DNA of 64,000 nucleotides, taken from the NCBI GenBank assembly GCA_024679065.1, contig JAGIQG010000023.1, positions 38,812,001-38,876,000 on the forward strand. Direction: 5' to 3'. Below the pieces are notes generated by a model, which was given only the letters and a program-made list of their open reading frames with translations, was not told the DNA's origin and made no database searches. Positions within the stretch are counted from its first letter, which is position 1, and every line of letters begins with the position of its first letter. The position numbers were made by a program, and so were the translations under genes. The DNA comes from Sphyrna mokarran. Its lineage: Eukaryota. Below, piece after piece: positions 1 to 12,638 of this stretch.

Positions 1-49
1 ATTGTTAATTCAGTTTGTCCAATCTAATTGCAGTCATAATTACTGTACA

Positions 50-660
50 AGAACATAGAACAATATAGCATAGGCCTTCAGCCCTCCAAGCCTGCACCTT
101 CTACGTTCACCTCCCATTCATGTTTATCAGGTGCACCTTAATCATTGCTAATGTGCCTGTTTCCACATACACTGGTAGTACATTCCAGACACACACCACC
201 CTCTGGAAAACTTATCTATAGCATTTTAAAGCTATGCCTTCTTGTCAAACCTTCCATCCTAGGGGAGAAAAGCAAGGTCCACCCTATCTATGCCTCTCAT
301 AATTTTGAAGACTTCTATCAGGTCACTCCCTCAGCCTCCATCTTTCCACTGAAAATAATGAGTTTATCCAACCTCCCATGCTTAAAACCTTCCAGACCAA
401 GCAACATCCTGGTAAACCTTTGCACCCTCTCTAAAGTGTCCACGTCCTTCTGGTAGCGTGGTGACCAGAATGGCATGCATTATTCCAAATTTGGCTGATC
501 TAAAGTTTTATACAGCTATAACTTGCTAACTTGTATACTCAACACCCTGGATGATGAAGTCAAGCATGCTGTAAGCTTTCTGGATCACTTTAGCACCTGT
601 CAATTTCAGGGATTTGTGGACCTGTGCACCCAGATCCCTTGTAACACCCTTATTACATGC
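50..660 (-). mobile_element. CR1-type LINE 3' fragment, degenerate
   Basis: Starts with the tail gaacatagaacaatatagcataggccttcagccc. The reverse complement of ~450-520 gives a decayed LYKT...LE...FWSPRYQKD CR1 ORF2 C-terminal motif. Confidence 0.75.
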
Positions 661-1355
661 ATTTCTAATTTCCTATTTGGTGACATCCCCTACCTTATCG
701 CTACTATTTGGAAGCCTATAGAAAACTCTTACTCATGTTATCCACTTCTGTTCTCAGACTGATTTGACATCTAGATTTTCTAACCAATATATTATCTCAA
801 TTTCACCGAATTCATCCTTAACTAACAATGCCACCCCACCACCTTTTGCTTTTTGCTTCTTTCCAAATCTAGAATACTCCTGGGTATTCAGTTTCTTGCC
901 TTAGTCACCCTTCAGCCTTATCTCTAATTGCAGTCATATTGTGCCTGTTTATTTCAGTTTGCACTATTAATTTGTCTACATTATTGCGAATATTGTGTGC
1001 ATTCAGGTAGTATTTTTAGACTTCTTTACAGGTTTTTTTTGTACTATGGCCTTATCAGAGTCCCCACTTTCCTCTGCCTTCCACATTGCTTTCTACTGTC
1101 TTTCATTTCTATCTTTATTTTCCCCTTCTGTCTCCCTAATCAAGTCCCCATCCTCTTAGTGAGGAGAAATAAGAATAAGGAAAAACTTGCTACAGTTGTG
1201 CAGAGTGGCTTCATAACGGGAGAACTGAATGCAGCCTTGGTTGTCATATTTAGGAAGGATACTTGCATTGGCAGCACTATAAATGTTTTCTAGATTGATC
1301 ACTGGGATGAGAAGTTGACTTATAGGCTAAATTGGACCTGTGTTCTCTGGAGTTA

Positions 1356-1671
1356 AGAATCTCAGAATCTTGCATTGTAGAAGGAGGCCATTCAGCCCAT
1401 CAAGTCTGCACCAACCCCACAATCCCACCCATAACCCCATGTATTTACTGTAGCTAGGCTCCCTAACACTAAAGGGCAATTTAGCATGGCCAATCCACCT
1501 AACCTGCATATCTTTGGATAATACCTTGTGGGATGATACCAGGGCAACTGGTGGCAATGCATTCAGACACTGGGAGAGTGTGCAAGCTCTACAGACAGTG
1601 ACACAACTAGGAATCAAACCCACGTCCCTGGCGTTGTGAGGCAGTTGTGCTAACCACTGTGCTACTATACT
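1356..1671 (-). mobile_element. HE1-like V-SINE, near full length, inserted in a + strand CR1 remnant (~1190-1920)
   Basis: Minus strand reads cacagtggttagcacaactgcctcacaacgccagggacgtgggtttgattcc (tRNA-like A/B boxes), then a V-domain-type core (ccaaagatatgcaggttaggtggattggccatgctaaattgccc), then the CR1-like tail gatgggctgaatggcctccttct. Confidence 0.85.
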
Positions 1672-2580
1672 GAAAGTTCAGCTTATTGGGACATTCTCAA
1701 TTCTGAAGAGCTTTGACAGGCTGGAAACAGAGGTTGTTTCTCCTGTTTGGGGAATCTGGAATGTTGGGAGCAATGTGGGAAGAGACTGGTTTTTGAGATG
1801 TAGAGGAAATCGGGGGTTATGTGGTGTGGATGGGAAAATGAAATTCATGTTATAGGCCAGCTGCAATTGTGTCAAATGGCAAAGTGAGTTTAATGAGCCA
1901 TATGGTCTACTATCTCGTATTATGTTCGTGGGGAAGTTTCCCAACTTCACAGCTGCAGTAGATGACTCCCATCACCTTGTCCTTGTGTATCCAAATCTAC
2001 ATTGCCTTTTGTACCCTACTTGGAACCAGGACTTAGTGAGAGGGCTTGAAATTTTTATATTTAAAATGGCAGAGAAGCAGAGAGTTGATTTGGTTTAGTC
2101 TGTATTAGTGCCTGTCTGCCTCAGTACTGTAATTTTTCTGGAATCCTTTACAACAGAAGTATTTGGAAACTGATCAAGACATGTTAGTTTTCCACACACT
2201 AAAGACATCCAGAGATGCAACAATAGCCTGGGAAAATAGCATTATGTAGGTTATTCATGGTTTAGATGAATATTGGAGCACAGTTGAAGGGCTGAATGGC
2301 CTAATGCTCATATTTCCTATGCTCCAATGAGAGCGCTATAGTTAGCGCTGTATCTACACTGCTCTTGGCTCCATCACTGAACAGTATTTCTTCTACCCTA
2401 GTCTAATACACCAAACCAGCCTATCACTATATATTCCTTCTTTTCTGTTGATAACTTGCCAAGCGGTCTTGGTTTTTGAGTGATGGAAGCACAGCTGTTT
2501 TACTCGCTCAGTAATATTTTGATAGTTTGTATTCTGTTCATTTTATAATGTAGTAACAGGAAAGCCAGCATCCTGACCAG

Positions 2581-2642
2581 ATCAGATAGAATCCCTACAG
2601 TGCAGAAGGAGGCCGTTTGGCTCATCGGATCTGCACTGACAC
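2581..2642 (-). mobile_element. HE1-like SINE 3' tail fragment
   Basis: atagaatccctacagtgcagaaggaggccgtttggctcatcg matches the tail of the other copies. Confidence 0.7.
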
Positions 2643-4129
2643 TCTGGCTATGAATGAACCCAACTGTGCTCGTTACGCTGTCCTTCTACAATTCTGGTTG
2701 TTAGACATTACTTGGTTCAAAGTGTATTAGCTCAGATACCAGCTTATGGTAATTAATAGGTGAAAAAACATTAATGAAATCACTAGCAGTAGCAGTGGTG
2801 TTTTACTGGTTGCTACCAGTATTTAGAGCAGTCCCATCAAGTTATAGTTGTGTGGAGCATGTTCAAATATATTTTCTATTATTTTATTGTTTGTTCCACT
2901 TCCCCAACTGAAGTTGTAAAATACTTTGTCCTTCTGAGTGACCATATGTTGGGAAAATGTTATTGGACAATTTGACTAGAAATGTCTTTAATCAGTAGCA
3001 CATGTAAGAAGAAAATGCTCCCTCAGAAAAATGGTTTTATTCACAATGTAGATGCAAGGACCGTAATTTTCCTTTGTCATTTGTGATTGTCTATTGTAAT
3101 TATTAACAATCTTTATCTTGTCAAGATAAAAATCTCTGGCTTTTGAGCTTAAATGTGCAGCATTATCTTCCCAACCTGACAAGGTATCTCAGGGATGTGA
3201 TGACTAGCTTTAATGAGCTAGTTTAGAAGCATTTGGATTTCATTATAGATCATAAAATGTTCTATAATTTTCTGATCCTTCACACTGACTTTGTGTGCAT
3301 CATTCCTTGTCTCAAATTTTCAACTTTTTTCAACCATTCTTGCCTAAATTACTTAGTTTTGACATTTTTTCTTAAATTATTTTAAAGAAACCTACTCCCT
3401 TATGCTGGAGTTGTTTGCTACTCTTGTGCAGCTGCAAAGTTTTTACATTGATTTGGAGTTGCTCTTATTGAGCTCTGTAGATTTTCCTGCAACTTGTTCA
3501 TTGAATGTCTTTTTTGCATGCATAATGTCTGAGGGCAGGTAAAAGATAATAAGTGGGTGTTAAAGGATGAAATAGGAATAAGAATTCATAGGTTTGTAGT
3601 TACGTGTTTTAGCACAATATAAGTAGCTTTTATGGAGTTATATTGAGGGATTCTCATTCCTAAACATTTAATTCATCTGAAAATATCGCAGACCACTATT
3701 TTGGAATAGCATTATCTCCTGTAGGAATCATGGCTCTCATCAAATCATTTTGCCAGCACTCTATAAAGTTATTTTTAGATGAGAGCATTTTCTTCTGTAT
3801 GCATGTGCTGTTGGTTAAAAGATAATTTTTAGTCAATTCTGACTTGCTGATTTCTTAGAATTAGAAACTGCATATTATTTACAAGAACTCTTATGATGCT
3901 GAGATCTGGATGACCTAATATATTGATCGTGCATCCGTATGCAGATATAGCAAGTGATTGAGAGGCAAATGGAATATTGGCAGCTATTGCAAGGGGAATA
4001 TGAACAAGGAGCAGAAGTAAGCTATTCAGTCCTTCAAGCCTGCTCTATCTTTTGTAAGGTCAGAGCTGATTTGATAGCCTCATTTGTGTCCTGCTGACTA
4101 ATGACCTATCACAGTCTTTTATCAAGAAA

Positions 4130-4998
4130 AGGTGCCCCAAAATGTGCTGTTCTGAGCCTTCTAATATACTCTTTATACACCCACGACTGTGTGGCTACAT
4201 TCTTCTCCAGTTTTAAGTTTACTGACGACACCACTGTAGTGGGTCAGATTTCAAACAATGATGAGACTGATACAGGAATAAGGCAGACAATCTGATGAAC
4301 TGGTGCAGCAACAATAATCTCTCCCTCAATATCAACAGGAGATTGTCATCAACTTCAGGAAGCGTAAAGGAGCACATGGCCCTGTCTAAATCAATGGGAC
4401 AAAGTAAAAAAAAAGCAGTAGAGAGTTTCAAGTTTTTAGGTGTCCAGATCACTGCCAGCCTGTCCTTCCCCGTCACCACCCCCTTCACTTCAAATTTCAG
4501 ACTAAGGAAATTTGGCATGTCAGCTATGACTCTCAGATGCACTGTAGAAAGTGTGCTTTCTGGTTGTATCACAGCTTGGTATTGCTCCTGCTGTGCCCAA
4601 AGTCGCAAGGAACTACAAAAGGTTGCGAATGTAGCCCAGTCCATCACACAAACCAGCCTCCCATTCATTGACTATCTATTCTTCCCACTGCCTCAGCAAA
4701 GCAGCCAGCATAGTTAAGGATCCCATGCACTCTGGACATTCTCTCTTCCGCCTCCTTCCTTTGGGGGAAAAAGATACAAAAGTCTGAGTCAAGTACCAAC
4801 TGACTCGAGAACAACTTCTTTCCTACTGCTATCAGATTCTTGAATGGACTTACTTTGCATTAAGTTGATCTTTCTCTATATCCTAGCCATGACTCTACAT
4901 TCTGCACTCTTTCCTTCTCTATGAACGGTATGTTTTGTCTGTATAGCGCACAAGAAACGATACTTTTCACTGTTAATATATGTAATAATAAATAAATT
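4130..4998 (+). mobile_element. Rex1/Babar-like non-LTR retrotransposon, 5'-truncated and frameshifted RT remnant
   Basis: ORF pieces PKCAVLSLLIYSLYTHDCVA, KFTDDTTVVGQISNNDET (FADD equivalent), WCSNNNLSLN, VESFKFLGV and RCTVESVLSGCITAWY...ELQKVANVAQSIT. Ends in an aataataaataaat tail. Confidence 0.85.
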
Positions 4999-5264
4999 AT
5001 TCTCCTCTGCCTTATAAAAATTCAAAATCTCTTGCTTCCATCATCTTTTCAGGATGAGAATTTCAAAAACTCATGACTGAGTGAGAAAATATTGTCTTTG
5101 TTTTAAATGGGCAATTCCCTATTTTTAAAGTATCATAGATATAGAATCTTCCACCAGAGGAAACTCCCTCTCCACATTAATCCTATCAAGATCCTCTCAG
5201 GGTTTTCAGTTCAAATCTCATTATTCTAAACTCTGTACAGGCCTATCTGTCTAACCTTTTCTCA

Positions 5265-5725
5265 AAGGGAATTGAGTGTAAGTAAGTATTGCTACAACTG
5301 CAGAGGGCCTTAGTAAGACTACATCTTGAGTACTATAGACTGTTGGTCTCCTTGATAAAGATATGATGGTGTTTGGAACTATTTAGAGAAGGTTCATTTA
5401 ACTGATTCCTCAGGTGAAGGGGTTAAGCTAATATTCAGCCTATAACTATTAAGGTTCTGAAGAATTGGGAGGTGATCAAGAGGGGATTTATTGGGGTAGA
5501 TGCTGAGTCTAAAACTAGAGGACATTAATTTTAAAAATTAGATATCCCTGTTTAAGACTCAGATTAGGAAACTTTTTTCCTGAGGGTCATTGTGGTGTTC
5601 TGCTCCAGAAAGTGGTGGAGGCTGAGTCATAATTTATTTGAGATTTGAGTTGGATCAATTTTGGATTGACAAGGGCTTCTGAGTTATTGGGGGCAATAAG
5701 GAATGTGGAGTTGAGGCCAAAGTCA
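5265..5725 (+). mobile_element. CR1-type LINE ORF2 3' remnant
   Basis: aagggaattgagtgtaagtaagtattgctacaactgcagagggccttagtaagactacatcttgagtac...tggtctcc is a decayed GIEYK...LLQLYRALVRPHLEY...WSP motif. Confidence 0.7.
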
Positions 5726-5732
5726 GAGCAGC

Positions 5733-5966
5733 ACTGCGTTCTTGTGTCTGCATGGTTTCCTCCAGGTTTCCTCCCAAAGTCCAAAGATCTGCGAGTTGGG
5801 TAGATTGGCCATGCTAAGGAATTGCCCCTTTAGTGTCCAGGGATGCATAGGTTAGAGGGATTAGTAGGATAATGTAGAGGGATATGAGGATAGGGCCTGG
5901 GTGGGATTGTGTTTGGTGCAGACTTGATAGGCTGAAGGACCTCTTTCTGTACTGTAGGATTCTATG
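5733..5966 (+). mobile_element. HE1-like V-SINE, 5'-truncated
   Basis: gtgtctgcatggtttcctccaggtttcctcccaaagtccaaagat...gattggccatgctaa...ggatagggcctgggtgggattgt...actgtaggattctatg. Confidence 0.85.
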
Positions 5967-7514
5967 AACCCATCTTTGATTTTGGGGGCAAGGAATAATT
6001 TTAAACAAACATTACGCTCCTGACACTCCACTGGTACTTGATGTACAAGGAATGGATGAAGCCCAAGTACAGTGCTTTTTCTTTGGTTGTAATTATTGTT
6101 GGCAATACTCTCTGGACCTGGGAATAATGAATGATCACTTATATGAAGCTGCCTGTGGAAATATTGCCTGGTACGCCCCCTTTGAGAAGGAATAAAAATA
6201 AGTATTATTGATTCAACAATGCTGCAGTTCATATTAGCCACAGAAACACATAGTTCTGCTATCTCTTGTAGCTCCTACAGTGTATTTGTGCGAAATGAGA
6301 TTTTCTGGCTATACTGGCTTCTGTATATAGTTTATTTGAATACATCTGTCAACCAATCCTTTGGTTGTTTAGGAACTCATTTTATTTTAGCTTGTTAATG
6401 GGATGTGGACATTGCTGGCTGGCCAGCATTCATTATCCCTAATTGTTCCTGAGATGGTGATGGTCCTCTACCATGTGCTTCTTGCAATGTGAAACTGCAG
6501 ATTTGTCTGACCAAGCCAGTATTTGCGAGTAGTGTACTGCACAAAAGTCGTAATCTAAGGTCATAAGAGCTATTGAAATAGTACCTGACTGCTTTTATGG
6601 CAATTTTATTAACATTTTGCAGTTAAAGCACCTTCATTGTAAAGCATCCCAAGGCATTTGAGAGGAGAGTTATCAAAAAGTGTAAATGGAAATAAAAGTA
6701 GATTGTAATGCATCTTATTGCAATTATAAATGCTTCTAGCCCAGAGCTTCAATATCCTTTCTCTTAATGCCTGCATCTAGTTCTACAGTTTGGCAGTGTA
6801 AACAGCAAAAGGAATGACACAGAATTGAGAACTGTCCTTCAGCTCAGTTAATATATTGGGACTTGGATAAAAACTAAAATGGGTCTGCCAGTCTGGTGAT
6901 GGATGATAAGCATGATCAGCCCCGTAATTGATACTTTTGCATTAGCAATGTAAATTGCACAATACGAGTAGCAAGCTTACTTTGATCGGGGAGCTTTTCG
7001 GACCAAACTAACCAGAGCATTCAGCCTGTAAATAGTAATTTTGAAATGCAGGTGGTTAATGGTTGTTGTGTTTTAGCCTATAAGTGATTACCCACTTTAA
7101 ATGTATACTTTGTAGTGGGGGCTATACCATTGACTGTAGTCACTGCAGTATGTTACATGTTCTTGTTTAATAATCTGCCTTTGCTCTTTTTAATTAAGGT
7201 TATTCAGGCAGTCAAATGTTTTTGTATGGCAGAGCAAATCTAATATCTGATTTGTTGAATAATATCAATAATTGTCCAAAAATTAAATTAATTTTATTTT
7301 ACTCCACTATACAGATGTATTGCTTAAACAGTTTAGTGAGAGCATTTCTGGCTGTCAGTTACTGTTAATGTGGCAGTTTACCAATTCATTCTTGATGCAA
7401 GTCCAGTAACTAGCAATTGAAATTTTCTTTAGTTTATTATGAATTAAAATTTTTGTACACTAGGCATAAATCCTACATTGGATTTCGTTATCAGATATTA
7501 AGCTCTGTTTAATT

Positions 7515-7725
7515 CTTTGGCTGGGCCAAATTTTATTGCCCATCTCTAATTCCCCTTGAGAGGGCATTTAAGAATCAGTCACTTGGTTATGGATTGGGAA
7601 TCACATAGGCCAAACCAGGATAAGGAGGCAGGTTTCCTTTTGTTAAGACATTTGTGAATGAAATGAGTTTTTTACTGAATGGACAATGGTTTCATGGCTA
7701 TCATTAAAATTTTTAAATTCCACAT
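7515..7725 (-). mobile_element. Second tRNA-derived SINE family, partial copy
   Basis: Same sequence as 38840-39170: ggcatttaagaatcagtcac...cacataggccaaaccagg...caatggtttcatggctatcatt. Confidence 0.7.
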
Positions 7726-7751
7726 TGCTGAAAGACTTGTGTAGTATTTTC

Positions 7752-8095
7752 CAAAAGCAAAACTAATGCTGGAAATACACAACAGGCCATTCAACATCTG
7801 TGAAGAGAGAGAAAAACAGTTTCAGATTAACCTTTTGTCAGAGTTGGAAAATGATGTAACAGGTTTTAAGCAAATAAGGAAATAACAGAAGGTAGGAATG
7901 ACTTAATGAACAACATAATCATTTTCAGTACCTGCAACTTAAGGAAATTGAGAGTGGTAGTTTATGGTCTAAATTGCTGAACCAGATGTTGAGTCCGGAA
8001 GATTGTCAAGTGCCTAATGAAAAGATTTGGTGCAGTTTCCTGTTGAGTTTTGTTTGCAGGAGGAGATGTGAAATGGCAAGTGACTGAAACTTAAT
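7752..8095 (-). mobile_element. Penelope-like element 3' fragment
   Basis: The end aatgctggaaatacacaacaggccattcaacatctgtgaagagagag matches the PLE ends at 40245 and 42160. ggtctaaattgctgaaccagatgttgagtccggaag is the reverse complement of the GIY-YIG C-terminal (PSGLNI...F) region. Confidence 0.6.
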
Positions 8096-8494
8096 CCTGA
8101 ATAGGAAGGTGGGAACAGGAAGAGCCATTTCTAGTCTGCTCCATCATTCAGTAATATAATTCCAGCTTTTCTGTGTTATACCCATACTAGTCAATTTTCT
8201 TGGAGCAATAACTGTTTCAAAATTTCATAAATACTGTAAATTGAGTATCCAGAGCGCTCTGGAGTAAACTGTTCCAAGATTCTGAACCCTTAGGTGAGAA
8301 ATTTTTCCTCCCAAGTCTTAAGTGACTGATCCCTAGTTCTGGACTCTACATCCAGAGGAAATATGCACCCTGTTGAATGTCTTGGATATCTTGTGATTCA
8401 GTGTGATCACTTCTCATTCTGGAATTTAGAAGAAAATAAAAGTCCAATCTTTTATGTCCTTACTGTATAACACCCTCATACCAAGTGCTAGTCA

Positions 8495-9160
8495 AAGAAT
8501 AAAGAAAATTACAGTGCAGGACTTAACCTCCTGCCTCCATTCCCATCATATTCATGTACTTGTCAAGACACCCTTTTAAAAGTCACTATTGTATCTGCTT
8601 CCACTACCACCTCCACCACCCTCTACGTATATAAACAAAAACTGCCTTGTACATCTCCTTTAAACTCGCACCTTAAACCTATGCCTTCTTGTAATTGATT
8701 CTTTCACCCTGAGAGAAAGCTTTTTAACTCTCGACTCTGTCCATGAGTCTCATAATCTTGTAGACTTCTGTCAGGTCACCCCATAAACTGTCATTCTACT
8801 GAGAACAAACCAAGTTTCTCCAGCCTCTCCTTGTAGCTCATGCCCTCCATACCAGGCAACATCCTGGTAAATTTTTCCTGTACAGTCTCCAAAGCCTCCA
8901 CATCCTTCTGAACATTATATTTCAAGTGAGGCCTAACTAAGGTTCCATAAAACTGCAACATAACTTGACAATTTTTACACTCTGCCTGATGAAGGCAAGC
9001 ATGCCATATGCCTCCTTGACTCCCTTCTCCACCTACATTTCCACTTTCAGTGACCTGTGTACCTGTACATCCAGATCCCTTTGCCTATCAGTACTCTTAA
9101 GGGTGCCATTTGCTGTATATTTCCTATTTGTCTTTAGACCTTCCAAAATGCATAATCTCA
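8495..9160 (-). mobile_element. CR1-type LINE 3' fragment
   Basis: Tail aaagaataaagaaaattacagtgcagg. ccataccaggcaacatcctggtaaat (reverse = FTRMLPGM) and aggcctaactaaggttccataaaactgcaacat (reverse = ML...LVRP). Confidence 0.8.
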
Positions 9161-12100
9161 CTCAGTCTGGTGAATCTTTGCATTTCTTTAAGGTTAATGT
9201 ATTTTCTCTAGCCATTTCATGTTGTCTTTAATTCACATGCCATGTCCCTCTACCAACATTTCAATCTCTCACCATTTAGAAAAAATTCTGCATTTTTTGT
9301 ATTCAAAGCTCTTCACACTTCACCATGTTATATCCCAACTGCCATTTCCTTAACCGTTCACGTAACTTGTCTGTAAGCTTTTTGCATACTCAGTTTATTT
9401 TCTCAGCTTTCATGTTAAACATTTGTGTTCAGTCTTCTCTAAATCATTGAAGATCTGATTCTTGTGATACTCTAATTACATCAGCTAATCCAGTACAAAG
9501 ACCTCTTTATCCTGTTGTCTTTCAGTTGACCAGTTTTCATTTCTTGCTAATATTACCTGTTAATCTTATAAATTACAATTTTGTGAATGAATCCATTGTT
9601 GGGATCCTAGTGAATGCTTTAAATCATAAGACAGTACATCCACTGGCTTACTTGTCTGCCCTGTCAGTAATAATGAAGGATTCAGCAAAGAAAGCACTTC
9701 TCTATAGTAAAGACTGTCTCAAGGACAGTGGTTACAGCATGTTTAAAATTGCAATTGAATTTGTGTTTCAACAACTATTTGACCCTGGATGATAGAAAAG
9801 GGCAAGTATTAAATCTCTTCAGCCTAAAGCTACCCTTCTTTCCTTTGCCCCCTTCCCAGGAAAACGCAAAGCGTCTTAATGACGTGAAATACCTCAATAT
9901 GCAGCATGGGAGCACTTTGAAATTTTATTTGCTGTTGTGCCAACAGAATGTTAATGCAGCTGCCCAAAGACTTGATCAAACAGGGTAGGTTTTAAGGCCT
10001 TAAATGATAAAAGGGACAAATTTAGGGGAGAATGTCACAGCTTAGATCCCTGCAACTGGAGCATGATAGAGCGATTAAAATCAGGGATGTGTAACAGGCC
10101 ATAACGGAATAAAATTTAGTCTTTTTGGGACACTTTTACATAATGTGGAACTCTCGATCTTGGGACTTCCAGTTTTTACATTCCAGTCCCCTTTTTTATA
10201 TTGGAGTTGCATGTTATTCTTTTGAGTAAATTGTTCTGTGGTTCATGTGCAATTCAGTTAAACCATGCTGTAGATATGGGAGGGCAAGTAATTCCGTTTA
10301 ACTGAAGAACTTGGTGAACATAAACTAATTTATGAAAAAAGTGACCATATCTATCAATGTTAATCATTTTGGGAGTTTTTAAAAAAACAAATTATTTAAT
10401 TCCAAGTGCCAGCTATCATTGTGAATCGCATTAGCTGTATTTCAGCATCAAGTTTATTTTCTCTGGATACTGGTCTAGATTTGTTTTGGCTTTACATTCT
10501 AATGTGATTTTGGTGACTGGGCTGTTGTGAAGATGCATATAACTTAACCTTGAAAATGAACTATTCTGCTGTGAAATAATAACTTGGATAACAATCTATT
10601 TTCTGTGAAGGAGATTATTGTAGAGTTTGAAATCTCCATTAGCCATGGTTTTGTATAGAGGAGTCTGGCTCCAAACTACCTAAATATTCATGATTAAATA
10701 GTCATCAGAGCTAGCATCTTGATAGTTGGTGAGGTTTTACAATATGTAAAATAAAGATTAGTTCTTATTTTCAAGCCTATAAAGTTTTCAGAAGAAGTAC
10801 AGCCTCATTCAATTAATTTGAGTCTGGGTGTATCTTCTCAATGAGCATCAGTGACCAGTTCCCTCTTTTATTCAAGCTTGAATATTCTTGCAGTGCTTGT
10901 ATAAGACATGGAGAGAAGAAAAATTACAGCTACTAGAATCTGAATCCGATTGCCAGTTTGTCCTGAATACAGGCAGGTTTTGTGCTGAATACTAGTCCAA
11001 AGTTAGTTTGTTATAACTTCTACAGCTTGCAGGAAAAGCTTAAACTATTTTGGACCTAGATCTAAATTGAATCTGAGATTTGACTGCATTCTAACCACTT
11101 TACTGCACCAGCAACCCCTTTTATTTTCAACTACATAATAAAATGAAATAGAGCCTGATGGGTTTTATTTATTTTACATGGGTGAGGCTATGTTGTCCAA
11201 GACACTAGTGGCTGAATGTAACAAGTTATGCTAACAATGCACAAACTATTGGAAATTATAGGCAAATTCACTACATTGCTTTTTTTTCTGAAGCGTGCAT
11301 AGTGAATTGTTAAAATGGCACCTCCAGCTTGATGCTTGCATCACAGCTGTTACACGGTAGTGACACTTGGTTTAGAATGAAAGTACAGTCTTGCAAAGCT
11401 GCTGATTTGGAGTGAGATGGAAGTGAACATATCAGGATGTATATTTGTGAACCACCTTTCTATAAACAGCTGCTGTAGGAGAAAATTCTGCACCACTAAA
11501 CAATTCTGGCCGTTATATTCTTGAGAATAAACGCATTTTTGTAACTCATTTGAAAATTTAATCAAAAAAGATTGTGATCCTCCTTTGAACCATAGGGTTA
11601 TGCAAATCTTGTCATTAATTAACCTATGCTGTTGGAGATTTGGTAACTGAAAAATCCAGAGATAATCTTGTATTCAAACTATACCTTGTTTTTATCAAAT
11701 GTCTTGTTGACATGGAGATCTTCATGCAGTTTCTCTCTCCCCATTAAATTATCCTGGGGGATGGGGAATGTTCATAGCAATTCTGTCTGGAATTGCATGG
11801 TCTTGAGACAAACCCAACTTGAGATTTCCTAGTCATATCAGCAATTTAAGGATGCCACTGAAACCAACCTTGTGTTGTTCCTTTTGAGATGTATGGAACA
11901 AGCGTTGCATCACTTGAATTCCACTTACAAATCCCCATTCTATAACTGTATTCAAATTTGTACAAGTTAAAAGAACTTCAGCAATGTTGGGAATTATGTT
12001 TTTGTAAATCTGTTTTTTTTCTGTCCAGTTTTTCATGATTTCCCTATGTGCAAGCTGCTGTCTAGTATGTACCTTGCTCAAATGAACTTTGTTCAAGCTT

Positions 12101-12340
12101 GCAAAAGCCTTCTGAGTGTAACCCTCTCAGACACGTGCATCATCAACCATGATTTTTCTTTTCTCTAAATCATGAATTCTTGCAGTTTCTATGGAGAGCC
12201 ATATTTTGCAGTGATTTTTACTGTTCTTGGTGTAGAAGTTAGAAATTTTCCCTTTGGAAAAAAATTGAGATTATAATTAATGTACGTAGTTAACCTACAT
12301 TTATGAATTTGTTCTATAATACTGTACTTTCATACTCCAG

Positions 12341-12487
12341 CTGTATAAAATGGAGAGTCTCTACGCTGTGTCTTCAGAGCAGCTTGCTCCTCCAGCTCCG
12401 AGTACTCTCTCTCACCCTCTTTCAACTACACGCTCTGCTTCAATCAGTGCTAAAAAACAGAAGAGAATTCCTCTTTATCAGAGATCA
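12341..12487 (+). CDS. CSDE1: CSDE1 alternative upstream exon: 9 nt UTR, ATG at 12350, 46-aa N-terminal extension
   Basis: Acceptor tactttcatactccAG|, ATG in strong context aaaATGG, donor TCA|gtaagt at 12488. Encodes MESLYAVSSEQLAPPAPSTLSHPLSTTRSASISAKKQKRIPLYQRS, similar to the remembered N-terminus of the long human isoform (MENVFTVSSD...KKQKRTPTYQRS). Phase 0 join to the ATG at 14381. Confidence 0.88.
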
Positions 12488-12525
12488 GTAAGTGAGGAAG
12501 AACTGATCAGTATTCCAGTAGTCAT

Positions 12526-12638
12526 ACTAACAGCATGTAGTAATGGTAGCATTTCATTTGACCTGCTGACTGGGAAATAAATGCATTTGCATGGACTGAC
12601 ATTGAATGCTTTTTTAAAATCTTGATCCTTTGACTAAC
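12526..12638 (+). promoter_or_regulatory. Putative intronic splicing-regulatory cluster (QKI ACTAAC x2; RBFOX GCATG and TGCATG)
   Basis: ACTAAC at 12526-12531 and 12633-12638, GCATG at 12533 and TGCATG at 12588-12593, all within ~150 nt downstream of the alternative exon donor. Confidence 0.55.

Noticed and set aside
1-12340. Search for the CSDE1 promoter, first exon and IRES-containing 5' UTR exon
   Set aside because: No CpG island and nothing recognisable as the mammalian UNR 5' UTR. It probably lies upstream of the window or is too diverged to call by eye.
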